Shown piece by piece: positions 19,779-30,021 of a stretch of DNA of 64,000 nucleotides. Numbering within the stretch: the stretch's first letter is position 1; each line of letters starts with the position of its first letter. The DNA comes from Candidatus Moanibacter sp. (GTDB lineage Bacteria > Verrucomicrobiota > Verrucomicrobiia > Opitutales > UBA2987). The DNA lies in assembly GCA_965215885.1 (NCBI GenBank), contig CBDCEW010000104.1:192001-256000 (forward strand). Direction: 5' to 3'. The translations under genes were made by a program, and so were the position numbers. Below the pieces are notes generated by a model. That model saw only the letters and a list, made by a program, of their open reading frames with translations, searched no databases and was not told the DNA's origin.

Positions 19779-20897
19779 CTAAAACAGTTTCACAGTCACG
19801 AAGACAAGCAAGCCGGGCACGACAAAGAATACGCCAAGGAGGTAAATTACCACAACTCTCTTCGATTTGACAGCGATTTCAGCCAGTGACTCAGCAGCCT
19901 TTATGGGTATATTGCGAATAGCGGGAATGGGATAGATGATGAGGATGCCGAGGAGATTAAAGAGAAGATGACAGAGGGCGATGGTGAGGGCAGCCTCCGG
20001 ACGCCCCGTTGTGCCGAGCGTTGCGAGGAGAGCGGTAATGGTGGTGCCAATGTTGGCGCCAAGGGTAACCGGAAAAATCTGACGCAGTCCGACGATGCCC
20101 GCCCCTGCCATGGGGACGATCAGGGACGTCGTTATGGATGAAGATTGGACGAGGACTGTGATGAACATTCCGAGTGCGATTCCAATGAAAAAACTCTTGC
20201 CGATTAACCGATCGAAGAAGACCTCCAATCGAGAGAGCATCATGCTCTTGAGGGTTTTGGTGAGGAGTATGAGGCAGCCGAACAAAAGGAGACAGGAGAG
20301 AGTAAGCAGAATCCAGGCCGTCACAAGTTCGCTGTTTGTGACACTTTCAAGGAAATCGCGAAGGCAGTCTATTATGGGCTTCGTTATCACCTTTACAGGG
20401 CTCGAAAATTTGAAACCACCTGCTTCCTGTATGAATGAAGTCACGAGGGTGGCAGTCTCTTCGATAAAATGCGTCGCGATCTCAAGCGGAAGGAGTAAAG
20501 CGACTGCGAAGAGGTTGAAGAAGTCGTGTACGGTGGCGGCAGAGAAAGCTCTTCTAAACTCGTGACCCTGGGTGATATGGCCAAGGGAGACGAGGGTATT
20601 GGTAACGGTGGTGCCGATATTGGCGCCCATAATGATCGGAACGGCGGCGGTGACACTGAGACTACCGCTCGCGACGATGGCCACGACCATGGAGGTCACG
20701 GTGGAAGACGATTGAACTAGACTGGTGGCGAGAACGCCTATGAACAGTCCAACAAACGGGTTAGCAGTAGCGACTTGCAACATGCCCTGAGAAGAATCAC
20801 CTCCCAGCATTTTGAAGGCCGTCCCCATCATCCCGATGCTGAGGAGAAAGAAATAGAGCAGAATCAGAAGGAACGCAGGCTTGACTGGAATTCTCAA
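19779..20897 (-). CDS. Na/Pi cotransporter family protein
   Basis: Two VQSSS and two GANIGTT repeats. Confidence 0.95.
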   Translation of the reverse strand: MRIPVKPAFLLILLYFFLLSIGMMGTAFKMLGGDSSQGMLQVATANPFVGLFIGVLATSLVQSSSTVTSMVVAIVASGSLSVTAAVPIIMGANIGTTVTNTLVSLGHITQGHEFRRAFSAATVHDFFNLFAVALLLPLEIATHFIEETATLVTSFIQEAGGFKFSSPVKVITKPIIDCLRDFLESVTNSELVTAWILLTLSCLLLFGCLILLTKTLKSMMLSRLEVFFDRLIGKSFFIGIALGMFITVLVQSSSITTSLIVPMAGAGIVGLRQIFPVTLGANIGTTITALLATLGTTGRPEAALTIALCHLLFNLLGILIIYPIPAIRNIPIKAAESLAEIAVKSKRVVVIYLLGVFFVVPGLLVFVTVKLF

Positions 20898-21073
20898 AGG
20901 CTGTCTTCGATACGTCGATTCGACGAGAAGTCCTTCGGCTGATTCGAATGGGAAGTCAAGCGAGGACTTAGGAATCTGTCGGACTTAGAATTCCTAACAT
21001 CCCCCTACTGTCGCAGGCCTGTTTTGATGAATTTTCTGGACAGAATTGAAGTGAATTTTACTATGGGCGCGCC

Positions 21074-21673
21074 ATGGAGGATTGCTTGTCACAACGCGTT
21101 CTGGTGCTCAACCGCCTATGGCAGGCGGTAAATATTGTGGGAGCGAGACGAGCGTTTGCCATCCTCTTTCAAGACCATGCGAAAGTGATTCATTCCTCGG
21201 AGGGAGACTTTCAGGTGTTGAATTCGAGTGAATGGATCGAGTATTCGATTGCCCAACCGAAATCGAAATGGCGAGATACTGTCCACACCGTCAATTTAAA
21301 TATTCGAATACCGAAGATTCTCCTCTTGAATTATTACGACCGGCTTCCGATGAAGGAGATGAAATTCACCCGCCAGAACCTCTTTGACCGGGATGCCTAC
21401 ACGTGCCAGTATTGCAGTCGCATATTTCCGCACCGAAACTTGAACCTCGATCATGTAATTCCGCGTGATCGCGGAGGTCGAACGACTTGGGAAAATATCG
21501 TGACATCCTGCCACCGCTGTAACACCCGCAAGGGAAACCGCTATCCCCATGAGGCGGGAATGCGTTTGCGGCGAAAGCCCTTTCGGCCAAAATTTCGTCC
21601 TTTCATAAACTTCGTCCTGGGTTCCGACATCGACCAGTCCTGGGCCACTTTTCTGAACGTGGCAGGAAACTGA
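21074..21673 (+). CDS. HNH endonuclease (McrA-like)
   Basis: VLVLN N-terminus, RDAYTCQYC, LDHVIPR..GG..WENIVTSC..CN..K. Confidence 0.92.
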   Translation: MEDCLSQRVLVLNRLWQAVNIVGARRAFAILFQDHAKVIHSSEGDFQVLNSSEWIEYSIAQPKSKWRDTVHTVNLNIRIPKILLLNYYDRLPMKEMKFTRQNLFDRDAYTCQYCSRIFPHRNLNLDHVIPRDRGGRTTWENIVTSCHRCNTRKGNRYPHEAGMRLRRKPFRPKFRPFINFVLGSDIDQSWATFLNVAGN

Positions 21674-21818
21674 AGGCCGAAGAGAGAGAGAGAAGAGGGG
21701 TCACCCCTTCGACGGGGCTCAGGGCAGGAGAGATCACCGAGCCGTCTCCGCTCCGCTGCGCCGTGCCAGGGGAAGCACAGAGGACCACGGAGAGTTTAAG
21801 CCCGAGGAAATGAAGAGG

Positions 21819-24599
21819 CTACTTGGGGGAATCGAGGACTATAGCCTTAAGGCTTTCCTCGAGTGCGGCCAGGTCGGGTTTGTTATCCATTATTGTTTTG
21901 TCGATATTATCGAGGTGGAAGGAATCTACGGCGATGCCGCTCTCCGTCAGGATACGCGCGAATTTTATATCAAAGCCGTGGTCATAAATTGCTTTTGCGA
22001 TTCGATAGAGTATTCCGATTCGATCAGCTGTTTGGATTTCAACGATATCCTGGTCAATGGAGGGCTCGAAGTAGAGATCGACTTTGGGCGGAATAGGTGC
22101 GTGCAAGGTCTTCTTGCGGTTGAGATAGTTGGGACGACGAAGCTTTTTCGCCTGAGCGTGTATTCTGGGGAGCAGGTCTTTTTCTTTGAGTAGAGCGATT
22201 TCAAGACTCTCCTGGAAGATCTTCCTGACCGATTTTTCACGGACTGCCCCACCTCCCGGTTCGCAGACATAAAAGGTGTCGAGTGTGATGTTGTCGGCCC
22301 GGCTGAGGGCTCGACTGCTCAATATATTCACACCCGCGACGCTGAAAGCGCCAGCCAGTTTGAAAAACAGCCCGGGCCGGTCCCAGGTAACGATGTTGAC
22401 AACCGTCATGCTCAGATTGAGGTCGTCCTGCCAGTCCACGATGGGTACGAGGGTTTCCCATTTATCGGCTTCGTTGAGATGATTCAGGAATCGGTTTACC
22501 ATGTGTAAGTGGTAAGCGATCTCATTGACGCTTTTGTCCGCGAAATAGCTCTCCGGCAGATGCTTATAGTGCGCCTCGATTTCCTGAGTGGAAAGACCCG
22601 GAACCTTATTTTTGATCTGCTCCTTTGAGACTTTCTGTTTTTGCCTGCGCCTTTTTGATCGAGCCGCTCTGTTACCCAATTGTCTAAGAGTATTGTGAAA
22701 GAGCTGGCTGTGGAGCATATGCTTGTACCCGTTCCAAAGGCTGTTGGCGGTTCCGCGGGTGTCGCAGAAGGTAAGGACGTAGAGATAGCGGAGCGACTCC
22801 TCATTTCCTACAATCCTGGCGAAGGCTTTGCCTGTCTTCGGATCCTCACTATCGAATCTTTGCCAATAGCGGGCCATTTCCAGGTGGTTTCTTACAATAA
22901 AGACGACTTGTTCTTTGAAATTGGGTGCGAGTTGCATGCGGCTGAGGGCAATCTCCGCCAAACCGGCGCCGGTTTCGGCATGACCCGGTATGGTGGCGCC
23001 CTTTCCGATATCATGTAGCAGCAACATTGTGTAAAGCAGGCTCGGATAACGTGTTTCATGAATCTCGCGGCTATACGCTTCAAAGTAATCCGATTGACCC
23101 GTAAAGATTCGATCCAGCTCACGGATTGTATTCAGAGTGTGAATATCCGCGGTATACCGGTGATAATATTCGTGCTGAACAAGACAATTGAGGCCGGCAA
23201 ACTCTGGAAGAATGCGCTGCAGTACTCCCAGTTCATGCATCTTGTTCAGGGAAGGGTAGACCTCGCCAACCGTTTGGAGAATAGCACGGAAACTCATATT
23301 CGCGGAGGGGGAGTTTACAACTTTTCGAGTTAGGAGGGGAAGAGACTCGGTTATGAGGCTACTCAACTTCAGGTCCGGTTCAGCATGCAACTGCTGACTA
23401 TGGCGGAAGACGCGGATGAGGCGTTCCGGGTCAGCATTAAACACTTCGCTATCCTGATAGGTTAGGGTTTCACCCTGTTGGATAAATCCGTCGATTCTGT
23501 TCTTCCGTATGAAGACGGAAGGGCGAATTTTCCATCTTTTGGGTTCGGAATGATCTTCTGTGAAGGTGAGTTTCTTTCCGAGAATCTTCGAGATCTGATG
23601 AATGTCTTTTGCATGGGTGTAATAATCCCGCATAAACGCTTCCACACGCTTGAAAACATCTCTCTGTCTGTAACCCATGCCCCAGGCTACCTGTGGTTGC
23701 TTTTCGAGGTTGAGAAGATCCGTAGGACGTTCGCTTCGAAAATGAAGCTCGTGACGCACCTTGAGGAGAAAATCGTAACCGTTTACGAGTTTGCGATATT
23801 CCTCTTTGCGCAGAAACTTTCGGTGGAATAGTTTCTCCATGGTATCGATCCCCAGTTTAATCTGAGCCATCCAGAGAACATTGTGGTATTCTCTCAGCCC
23901 ACCGACACCTTTCTTAATCTCGGGCTCCTGTAGAAACACGGTGTCTTCGTACTTCTGACGACGGGCAGTCTGATCATCGATTCGCGCCTTGAGATAGGCC
24001 TTTGGTTTATCTTCCCGAGAGAACTTTTTGTATCTGCGTTTGAACTCCTGGAAGAGCGTCTTATGTCCAGTCAAAAAGCGAGCTTCCAGAAGCCCGGTTT
24101 TGGTCTCAATATCCTTTCTCGCATCCTCAATAGTATGGGAGAGATTGCGAGTGGAATGCCCAACCTTCAGCTTAAGATCCCATAGCATGTAGAGCATTGT
24201 CTCTGTAAGTGCTCTTTGCAGCGGGGCCAACTTTCGTTTTCTCACCCCGTCCGGATAAAGGAACATTATATCGACATCGCTATGAGGGCACAGTTCGGCT
24301 CGACCATATCCCCCAAGGGCCACGACTGCCACGGAACATGGTGGTTTACCATTTTCCCGACGAAATGTCCCGATGGCGTGCGAAAAGAGATTTTGGATCA
24401 AGACATCGATAACGCAGGAGCGTGCGAAGGCCACCCGCGATCCGCTGTCTCCTTTGCGATGATACCTCAGAATCATCTGATTCTCCAGTCTCAGAAAATC
24501 CTTGTAGGCGCCAAAAATCCGAGCCCTTTTTGTTTCCGGCTCAAATTTCAGTCTACGCTCCGCATGAAGGCGAAGCCTGGGAAAGAGAGGATCTTCCAT
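21819..24599 (-). CDS. glnD: [Protein-PII] uridylyltransferase
   Basis: ALGGYGR.ELCPHSDVD, EPEIKKGVGGLR, HRYTAD.H, LLHDIGKG (HD domain) and two ACT domains. Confidence 0.96.
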   Translation of the reverse strand: MEDPLFPRLRLHAERRLKFEPETKRARIFGAYKDFLRLENQMILRYHRKGDSGSRVAFARSCVIDVLIQNLFSHAIGTFRRENGKPPCSVAVVALGGYGRAELCPHSDVDIMFLYPDGVRKRKLAPLQRALTETMLYMLWDLKLKVGHSTRNLSHTIEDARKDIETKTGLLEARFLTGHKTLFQEFKRRYKKFSREDKPKAYLKARIDDQTARRQKYEDTVFLQEPEIKKGVGGLREYHNVLWMAQIKLGIDTMEKLFHRKFLRKEEYRKLVNGYDFLLKVRHELHFRSERPTDLLNLEKQPQVAWGMGYRQRDVFKRVEAFMRDYYTHAKDIHQISKILGKKLTFTEDHSEPKRWKIRPSVFIRKNRIDGFIQQGETLTYQDSEVFNADPERLIRVFRHSQQLHAEPDLKLSSLITESLPLLTRKVVNSPSANMSFRAILQTVGEVYPSLNKMHELGVLQRILPEFAGLNCLVQHEYYHRYTADIHTLNTIRELDRIFTGQSDYFEAYSREIHETRYPSLLYTMLLLHDIGKGATIPGHAETGAGLAEIALSRMQLAPNFKEQVVFIVRNHLEMARYWQRFDSEDPKTGKAFARIVGNEESLRYLYVLTFCDTRGTANSLWNGYKHMLHSQLFHNTLRQLGNRAARSKRRRQKQKVSKEQIKNKVPGLSTQEIEAHYKHLPESYFADKSVNEIAYHLHMVNRFLNHLNEADKWETLVPIVDWQDDLNLSMTVVNIVTWDRPGLFFKLAGAFSVAGVNILSSRALSRADNITLDTFYVCEPGGGAVREKSVRKIFQESLEIALLKEKDLLPRIHAQAKKLRRPNYLNRKKTLHAPIPPKVDLYFEPSIDQDIVEIQTADRIGILYRIAKAIYDHGFDIKFARILTESGIAVDSFHLDNIDKTIMDNKPDLAALEESLKAIVLDSPK

Positions 24600-24636
24600 T
24601 AATTGGTTATTCTTTAACTTGGCGCACATTGGCCCA

Positions 24637-24669
24637 GGAATCTGTCGGACTTAGGGTCCGACAGGCTCC
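24637..24669. repeat. Collapsed palindromic element of the GGAATCTGTCGGACTT family
   Basis: GGAATCTGTCGGAC-TTAGG-GTCCGACAGGCTCC followed by TAG. The same end motif occurs at 20971, 34705, 38801, 55739, 57587, 57665 and 60002. Confidence 0.75.
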
Positions 24670-24745
24670 TAGCGTCCAAGGTCTTTTCCTTGACAGCGAG
24701 AGGTAAGCCATTTCGTTGGATACCTTCGATTATTCAATTGGACGT

Positions 24746-27451
24746 ATGGCGGAAATTGGCAAAGCTTACGACCCTAAACAGGTCGAACCGAAATGGTATC
24801 GGGAATGGCTCGACAAACGCGCCTTTGCCGGTCGCGTGGATTCGAGCAGGGAACACTATAGTATTGTAATTCCACCACCAAACGTGACGGGCGTTCTGAC
24901 TATGGGGCATGTCCTGGTCAATACGCTTCAGGACTTATTCATCCGGAGGGCCCGTTTGGAGGGTAAATCTGTCGTCTGGATGCCGGGCACGGACCACGCC
25001 AGTATCGCGACGCACGCAAAAGTTGAACAGGCTTTGCGAGAAGAGGGGCTCTCCAGGCGCGATCTTGGGCGTGAGGCATTTATCGAGCGGTGTTGGGATT
25101 GGAGTGAGGAGCATGGAGGAATCATACTCGAACAGTTGCGCAAATTGGGAGCCTCCTGCGATTGGGACCGCACGGTCTTCACGATGGACGAAAGTTACCA
25201 AAAATCCGTCCTCCATTCTTTCGTCGAGTTCTTCAAGCGGGGCTACATCTACCGCGGAAAGTACATGACAAACTGGTGTCCGGACAGTCAGACCTCCCTG
25301 AGCAACGAAGAAGTGATCATGACCCCACTGAAGGATATTCTGTATAAGATTCGCTACGAGATTGCGGAAGAGCCCGGCAATTACCTCGAAATTTCAACGA
25401 CACGCCCGGAAACGCTCATGGGCGACACAGGAGTAGCAGTGCATCCTGACGATGAACGTTATCGGCATCTTGTGGGCAAACATGCCTGGCGACCCTTCCC
25501 GCGCGAAAAGATACCCATCGTAGCCGATGATTCTGTCGACAGAGAGTTTGGCACAGGTGTCCTCAAAGTTACGCCGGCACATGATCCGGTTGACTACGAG
25601 ATCGGTCAACGGCACAAGTTGCCGGTGGTCGACATAATGAACCCCGACGGCACCCTCAACGATCTCGCGGGTGAGCCTTTCGCCGACATGGATCGCTTTG
25701 AGGCGCGCGAGGTGGCGGCGAATAAACTCCGCGAGATGGGGCTGCTTGTGGCGGAAGAATCCTACGAGCATAACGTCGGGATTAAAGAACGCACTAATGT
25801 GATTATTGAACCCCGCTTGACCGATCAGTGGTGGCTCAGGTATCCCAAAGTGGAGGAGGCAAAGAGGGCCATTGAGATGGGCTTTATCCAGTTTCATCCC
25901 AAACGTTGGGAAAAGGTCTACCTGCATTGGCTGAATAACATAAAAGACTGGTGTATCAGCCGGCAGCTTTGGTGGGGTCAGCGCATTCCCGTCTGGTATA
26001 GAAAGGGATCCGATCGTAACGACCCGAAAAGCTGGCACGTTTCAGTGGATGGCCCGGATGATCCCGAGAATTGGGAGCAGGATGAGGATGTTCTCGATAC
26101 CTGGGCCTCCTCTAATCTTTGGCCCTTCGCCACATTCGGTTGGCCGAACCCCAGCGAAAAGGAGAGCGAGGAACTCCACTACTACTATCCGACGGACGTG
26201 CTCGTTACCGCTTTTGACATAATTTTTCTCTGGGTGGCGCGGATGATTATGTCTGGTCTCGAGATCTACGGTGGGGAAAAGGAAAAGCTGACCGATGATG
26301 AGATTCGGGAGCGCATACCCTTTCGCCATGTGTATATGCATGGGCTTCTTCGTGACAAGGAGGGTAAGAAGTTTCAGAAATCCTTGGGAAACTCACCGAA
26401 TCCATTTGAGATATTCGATAAGTTTGGCGCCGATGGAACACGCTTCGGTATTCTCAATATCGCTCCTTCCGGTCAGGATATTATTTTTGCCGAACAGCGG
26501 TTGGAGATCGGGCGCAATTTTTGCAACAAACTGTGGAATGCGTGCCGATTTCGCCAATTGTCCGGCCCCGTCTTGGACAACAGTTCTTTGGAATCCATCC
26601 TCGGACGTCTCCATTGGGACCTCTGCGATAGCTTCGACCACTGGATCCTGGCCGCAACGGTCAAGACGATGAGGGAAGTGGAGCGGCAATTCACTCAATT
26701 CGAAGTTCAACAGATAACTCAGGCCCTTCACACTTTCTTCTGGGGGGACTTCTGCGACTGGTATCTGGAAGCTTCCAAGGAAAAAATGCAGAGTGAGGAT
26801 CTGAAGGATAACTGCCTGGCGATCCAGGACCTGGTGATCCGGCAGGTGCTTCTCCTGGCCCATCCCGTTGTGCCCCATATCAGTGAAGAACTGTGGTGCG
26901 GCTTGGGCTATAAAGGAAAGAGGGACTTTCTACAGGAGACGATCCTGGAGCGGGCCGATGATCTTCAAGCCCTTCTCAGGATCGATGGCTCCATGGTCAA
27001 TCATGTTGAGCGGGTCAAGGATATGATATCGAAAGCACGCGCCCTGAAGGCGGATCATGACCTTTCGAATCGTCGGGACGTAACGTTTTACTACGTTGTG
27101 GACGGAAAGGATGTTCTGGAGGAGGATATCAATATAGTCAAACGACTGGCCGGAGCGGTGGTTTTTCGCCGAATCGATTCGCAACCTCAGAGCGCGCCCG
27201 CCGTGGTAACCGAGTTGGCTACAATCTACCTGGATCTTGCCAGCGCTGTGGACGTGGAGGCCGAGAAAGAGCGGCTAAACAGGGAACTCTCAAAAGTTGA
27301 GAAGATCATTTCCGGAGCTGAATCTCGCCTCAAAAATGAGGCTTTTCTTTCTAAAGCGCCAAAGGATGTGGTGGAGGGAGCGCGAAATCAGATGGCGGCA
27401 AATTGTGAAAAACGCGCTGAAATCGAGCGCCTCCTGGCCGCTCTCGAATGA
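24746..27451 (+). CDS. valS: Valine--tRNA ligase
   Basis: PPPNVTG, GTDHA, TTRPET, WCISRQLWWG, DVLDTW and NKLWNA motifs plus the C-terminal coiled coil. Confidence 0.97.
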   Translation: MAEIGKAYDPKQVEPKWYREWLDKRAFAGRVDSSREHYSIVIPPPNVTGVLTMGHVLVNTLQDLFIRRARLEGKSVVWMPGTDHASIATHAKVEQALREEGLSRRDLGREAFIERCWDWSEEHGGIILEQLRKLGASCDWDRTVFTMDESYQKSVLHSFVEFFKRGYIYRGKYMTNWCPDSQTSLSNEEVIMTPLKDILYKIRYEIAEEPGNYLEISTTRPETLMGDTGVAVHPDDERYRHLVGKHAWRPFPREKIPIVADDSVDREFGTGVLKVTPAHDPVDYEIGQRHKLPVVDIMNPDGTLNDLAGEPFADMDRFEAREVAANKLREMGLLVAEESYEHNVGIKERTNVIIEPRLTDQWWLRYPKVEEAKRAIEMGFIQFHPKRWEKVYLHWLNNIKDWCISRQLWWGQRIPVWYRKGSDRNDPKSWHVSVDGPDDPENWEQDEDVLDTWASSNLWPFATFGWPNPSEKESEELHYYYPTDVLVTAFDIIFLWVARMIMSGLEIYGGEKEKLTDDEIRERIPFRHVYMHGLLRDKEGKKFQKSLGNSPNPFEIFDKFGADGTRFGILNIAPSGQDIIFAEQRLEIGRNFCNKLWNACRFRQLSGPVLDNSSLESILGRLHWDLCDSFDHWILAATVKTMREVERQFTQFEVQQITQALHTFFWGDFCDWYLEASKEKMQSEDLKDNCLAIQDLVIRQVLLLAHPVVPHISEELWCGLGYKGKRDFLQETILERADDLQALLRIDGSMVNHVERVKDMISKARALKADHDLSNRRDVTFYYVVDGKDVLEEDINIVKRLAGAVVFRRIDSQPQSAPAVVTELATIYLDLASAVDVEAEKERLNRELSKVEKIISGAESRLKNEAFLSKAPKDVVEGARNQMAANCEKRAEIERLLAALE

Positions 27452-27732
27452 TGCTGGTTGAGTAGCGGTTGTGAGTGGAGGATGAATTGACCGCGGATGG
27501 CGCTGATGAAAGCGGGAAGTATATCGGAAATAGATAGCGATTGATCCACAGATTCAGCGCAATTGTATTGTGTGGATGCACGCTGATGAGAAGGAATATG
27601 CGGTATGCGATACGGAGGTAGAAGATAGAGGATAGATTCCGGTGAAGAAGTCGCCGTCGCGGAATGCGGGACCACGTTCTTGCGAACGCGGTGATTTTTT
27701 AGCCGAATCAGGATAATTTCTTCTCCCTGCAG

Positions 27733-28110
27733 TCATCTCAAGGAGCGAATTTCTCCCGCGAGGGGACCAAAGCCGATGGGAAACTGTTTTTCTAGGAGAT
27801 CGATTTTGGTAGCGAGTGTTCTCGCGGCTTCAGTCATCTTTTCGGTTTCGAGTACCAGTGTTGGCCTTTCCGTCCCGTAGAGTCTCTTTTTCAATCGCCT
27901 CCTCCAATACGGATCACGTTTGCCTTTGAGGTCTTTGAGCCATGTTGCTTCCGGTATAGATTTGGATGAGGAACATAGCAGCCAACTTTCAATTGCAGGT
28001 GCAGCTACACCGATGGCGATCTTGAGTAAGGAACGCCCCTTCCGCTTCGAGAGACTCTTTCTGGCACGATCGGCGAATAAATCTGCAAGAACCTTAAAAC
28101 CATAAGCCAT
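27733..28110 (-). pseudogene. Probable C-terminal fragment of a conserved hypothetical protein
   Basis: IAIGVAAPAIESWLL motif, reminiscent of DUF4276-like C-terminal halves. No convincing N-terminus. Confidence 0.4.
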
Positions 28111-28154
28111 CACGCTAAATACGCACCGAGAGTCCCTCTCAAATCTCCACAAAA

Positions 28155-28595
28155 TTACATGGGACCTTCGCCCCAGGGAATTTGCCATTCGATAAGCTCG
28201 ATGCGGTTGCCGTCGGGATCTTGGATGAAAAATCGATCAGCTCCAGGAATATCTACGGTTTCCTCGATAGCGACACCTTTGCTGGCAAGGGCAACACGGG
28301 CGGCTTTGGCATCTTTCAGAAAGAGGGCGATATGGCGGGGCGATTGGGTATCCGGCTCGTCTTTCAGCATCAGATGAAGCTGTTGATCTCCCAGTTTATA
28401 CCAGGCAACTTCAAAATCGAAAGTAGACGGATAGGGAACCTCCTCCATCTCGAGGATATCCGCGTAAAATCGACGCGCTCTTTCAAGATCGGTGGTACCG
28501 ACGGAATGGTGATGGATGCCGGTAATCCCGACCCCGCTGAATTGAAGAGTGTCCATGGGGCCATCCCCGGATGTGGATTCGGGCTCAGTTTTCAT
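28155..28595 (-). CDS. VOC/glyoxalase family protein
   Basis: IHHHSV...DLERARRFYADIL, QLHL, HIAL and DPDGNRIELIE motifs. The start may be 28556. Confidence 0.9.
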   Translation of the reverse strand: MKTEPESTSGDGPMDTLQFSGVGITGIHHHSVGTTDLERARRFYADILEMEEVPYPSTFDFEVAWYKLGDQQLHLMLKDEPDTQSPRHIALFLKDAKAARVALASKGVAIEETVDIPGADRFFIQDPDGNRIELIEWQIPWGEGPM

Positions 28596-29308
28596 TGCAA
28601 GGTGGTAACATCCTTAGCATAGGAATCTGTGTCCTCTTTGTTTTCGACCAGGCTGAATCGTATCGGCTGACGCATTTTAAATTTTACATTCCTTCCTGCC
28701 ACTCTGCCGGGAACGAATCGCCATTTTAAGAGCGCCTCCAGAACACTGTGGGAGAAGAGGGGATTGTCTGAATTTTCGATCTCAACCTTGTAGACCTGTC
28801 CTGCCTCATCGACTGAGATGAGGGCGACGACACTGCCTTCGATCCATTCTGATTTGAGTTCAAAAGGATATCTCAGGTTATAGCGAACGATAGGAAACGG
28901 CGAAGTGTCAAGTTTGCTGGAATCATATACAAATTCCTCCAATTCCTTTCTTGAGAGACCGGTTCTGCGAGACAACGCCAATTCGGGAATTGTTATTTTA
29001 ATTTTCTTTGCCCGATCTCGCTCATGCACCACCGATCCCGGTGTGCGGACTTTGAGTCGCGCAAAATTTATCCTCGTTTTACTTGCCTCTAGATCACTGG
29101 AAACAATCGCCCCGGGAACCCCGGAGCTGATCTTTATCGTATCTTCTCTTAAGAACAGAGCTAAAAGTCTCTTCCCGGAGACAACATTTATGGAAGCGAG
29201 GCATAAGAAGACAGTGGCGGTCAATGCAAAGGATGCGCTGGCGAAGGCGATCGAGTCCTTTCTCTTAAAGCTGCTCGGCCTGTACATGATACGATGTCTC
29301 CGCTGCAA
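28592..29308 (-). CDS. Energy transducer TonB family protein
   Basis: N-terminal TM helix and C-terminal YP...IEGSV...VDEAGQV...WRFVPG...V..RQPIRF. Confidence 0.85.
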   Translation of the reverse strand: MQRRHRIMYRPSSFKRKDSIAFASASFALTATVFLCLASINVVSGKRLLALFLREDTIKISSGVPGAIVSSDLEASKTRINFARLKVRTPGSVVHERDRAKKIKITIPELALSRRTGLSRKELEEFVYDSSKLDTSPFPIVRYNLRYPFELKSEWIEGSVVALISVDEAGQVYKVEIENSDNPLFSHSVLEALLKWRFVPGRVAGRNVKFKMRQPIRFSLVENKEDTDSYAKDVTTLQ

Positions 29309-29409
29309 TATCGCGCCTTGCGGATGCGCGGCGAAAGATGTGTCAGTAAATCTACATATTTATCAGTTTTTCTCAAATCCAAACTGGAGGTTGTTCGAAC
29401 AGCCTCAAA

Positions 29410-29591
29410 CTAGCCCGAAAATTTCACAAACCTTCTACTACTACGACGGATCTCACCGCGCGTCAATGCCTTCCCTTGCCCGGCGACCTCAGAGGGTCTC
29501 AACACACTGTCGCCCGCCGTGCTGCGGAAAGGCATTGACAGGCAGCAATCTACGCCGTCTCGCTACGAAGTGTGTGAAATGTCCGGGCTAG
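29410..29591 (+). mobile_element. 182-bp MITE, copy 1
   Basis: CTAGCCCGAAAATTTCACAAACCTTC ... GAAGTGTGTGAAATGTCCGGGCTAG terminal IRs. An inverted homolog of equal length lies at 32438..32619. Confidence 0.85.
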
Positions 29592-29682
29592 CCGCTTTTC
29601 CCGGCCGACCAGTAACTGCGTGTCGAAGAGGAACGTTGTGTCGTGATAGTGTTCTCGGAAATTTGTGAGAAAAGCGGGCTAG
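29588..29682. mobile_element. 95-bp MITE-like element sharing a CTAG with the preceding MITE
   Basis: CTAGCCGCTTTTC ... GAAAAGCGGGCTAG inverted ends. Confidence 0.6.
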
Positions 29683-29950
29683 CGATCGTCCGGCCCATTC
29701 AAGAGCTGTTTTGTGAGCCAGCCGGTTCCATCGTTAGGTGCGGGATCGATATTCAAAAGGTGGCACATGAATTCATAGATCTCCACATTGGGAAAGGCGG
29801 GTAGATTTGAGGTCGAGGGGATCGCCGGTCCATGGGCGATAAAGACGCCCTGCATACCGTTAAACCGCAATTGATCGAGATTTGGGGTGGGCGCTTTTTC
29901 AAAATAATCGTAACGAAACCCATCGATGGAAATGAGTAAGAGTGGGGATT
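29679..29950 (-). pseudogene. Nucleotide pyrophosphatase/phosphodiesterase (alkaline phosphatase superfamily), internally deleted
   Basis: N-terminal LLLISIDGFRYDYFEKAPTPNLDQL is joined in frame to C-terminal MQGVFIAHGP...NVEIYEFMCHLLNIDPAPNDG. Confidence 0.8.
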
Positions 29951-30021
29951 TTCGCCCCTAGGAAACGTCTCCGACGAGAGGTAGATGAGAAACGCTAAAC
30001 AGGTACCCCGGCTTGCCGGGA

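Noticed and set aside
21074..21673. HNH nuclease as part of a defence or retroelement system
   Set aside because: Stand-alone, widespread type with no methyltransferase, reverse transcriptase or ATPase partner nearby.
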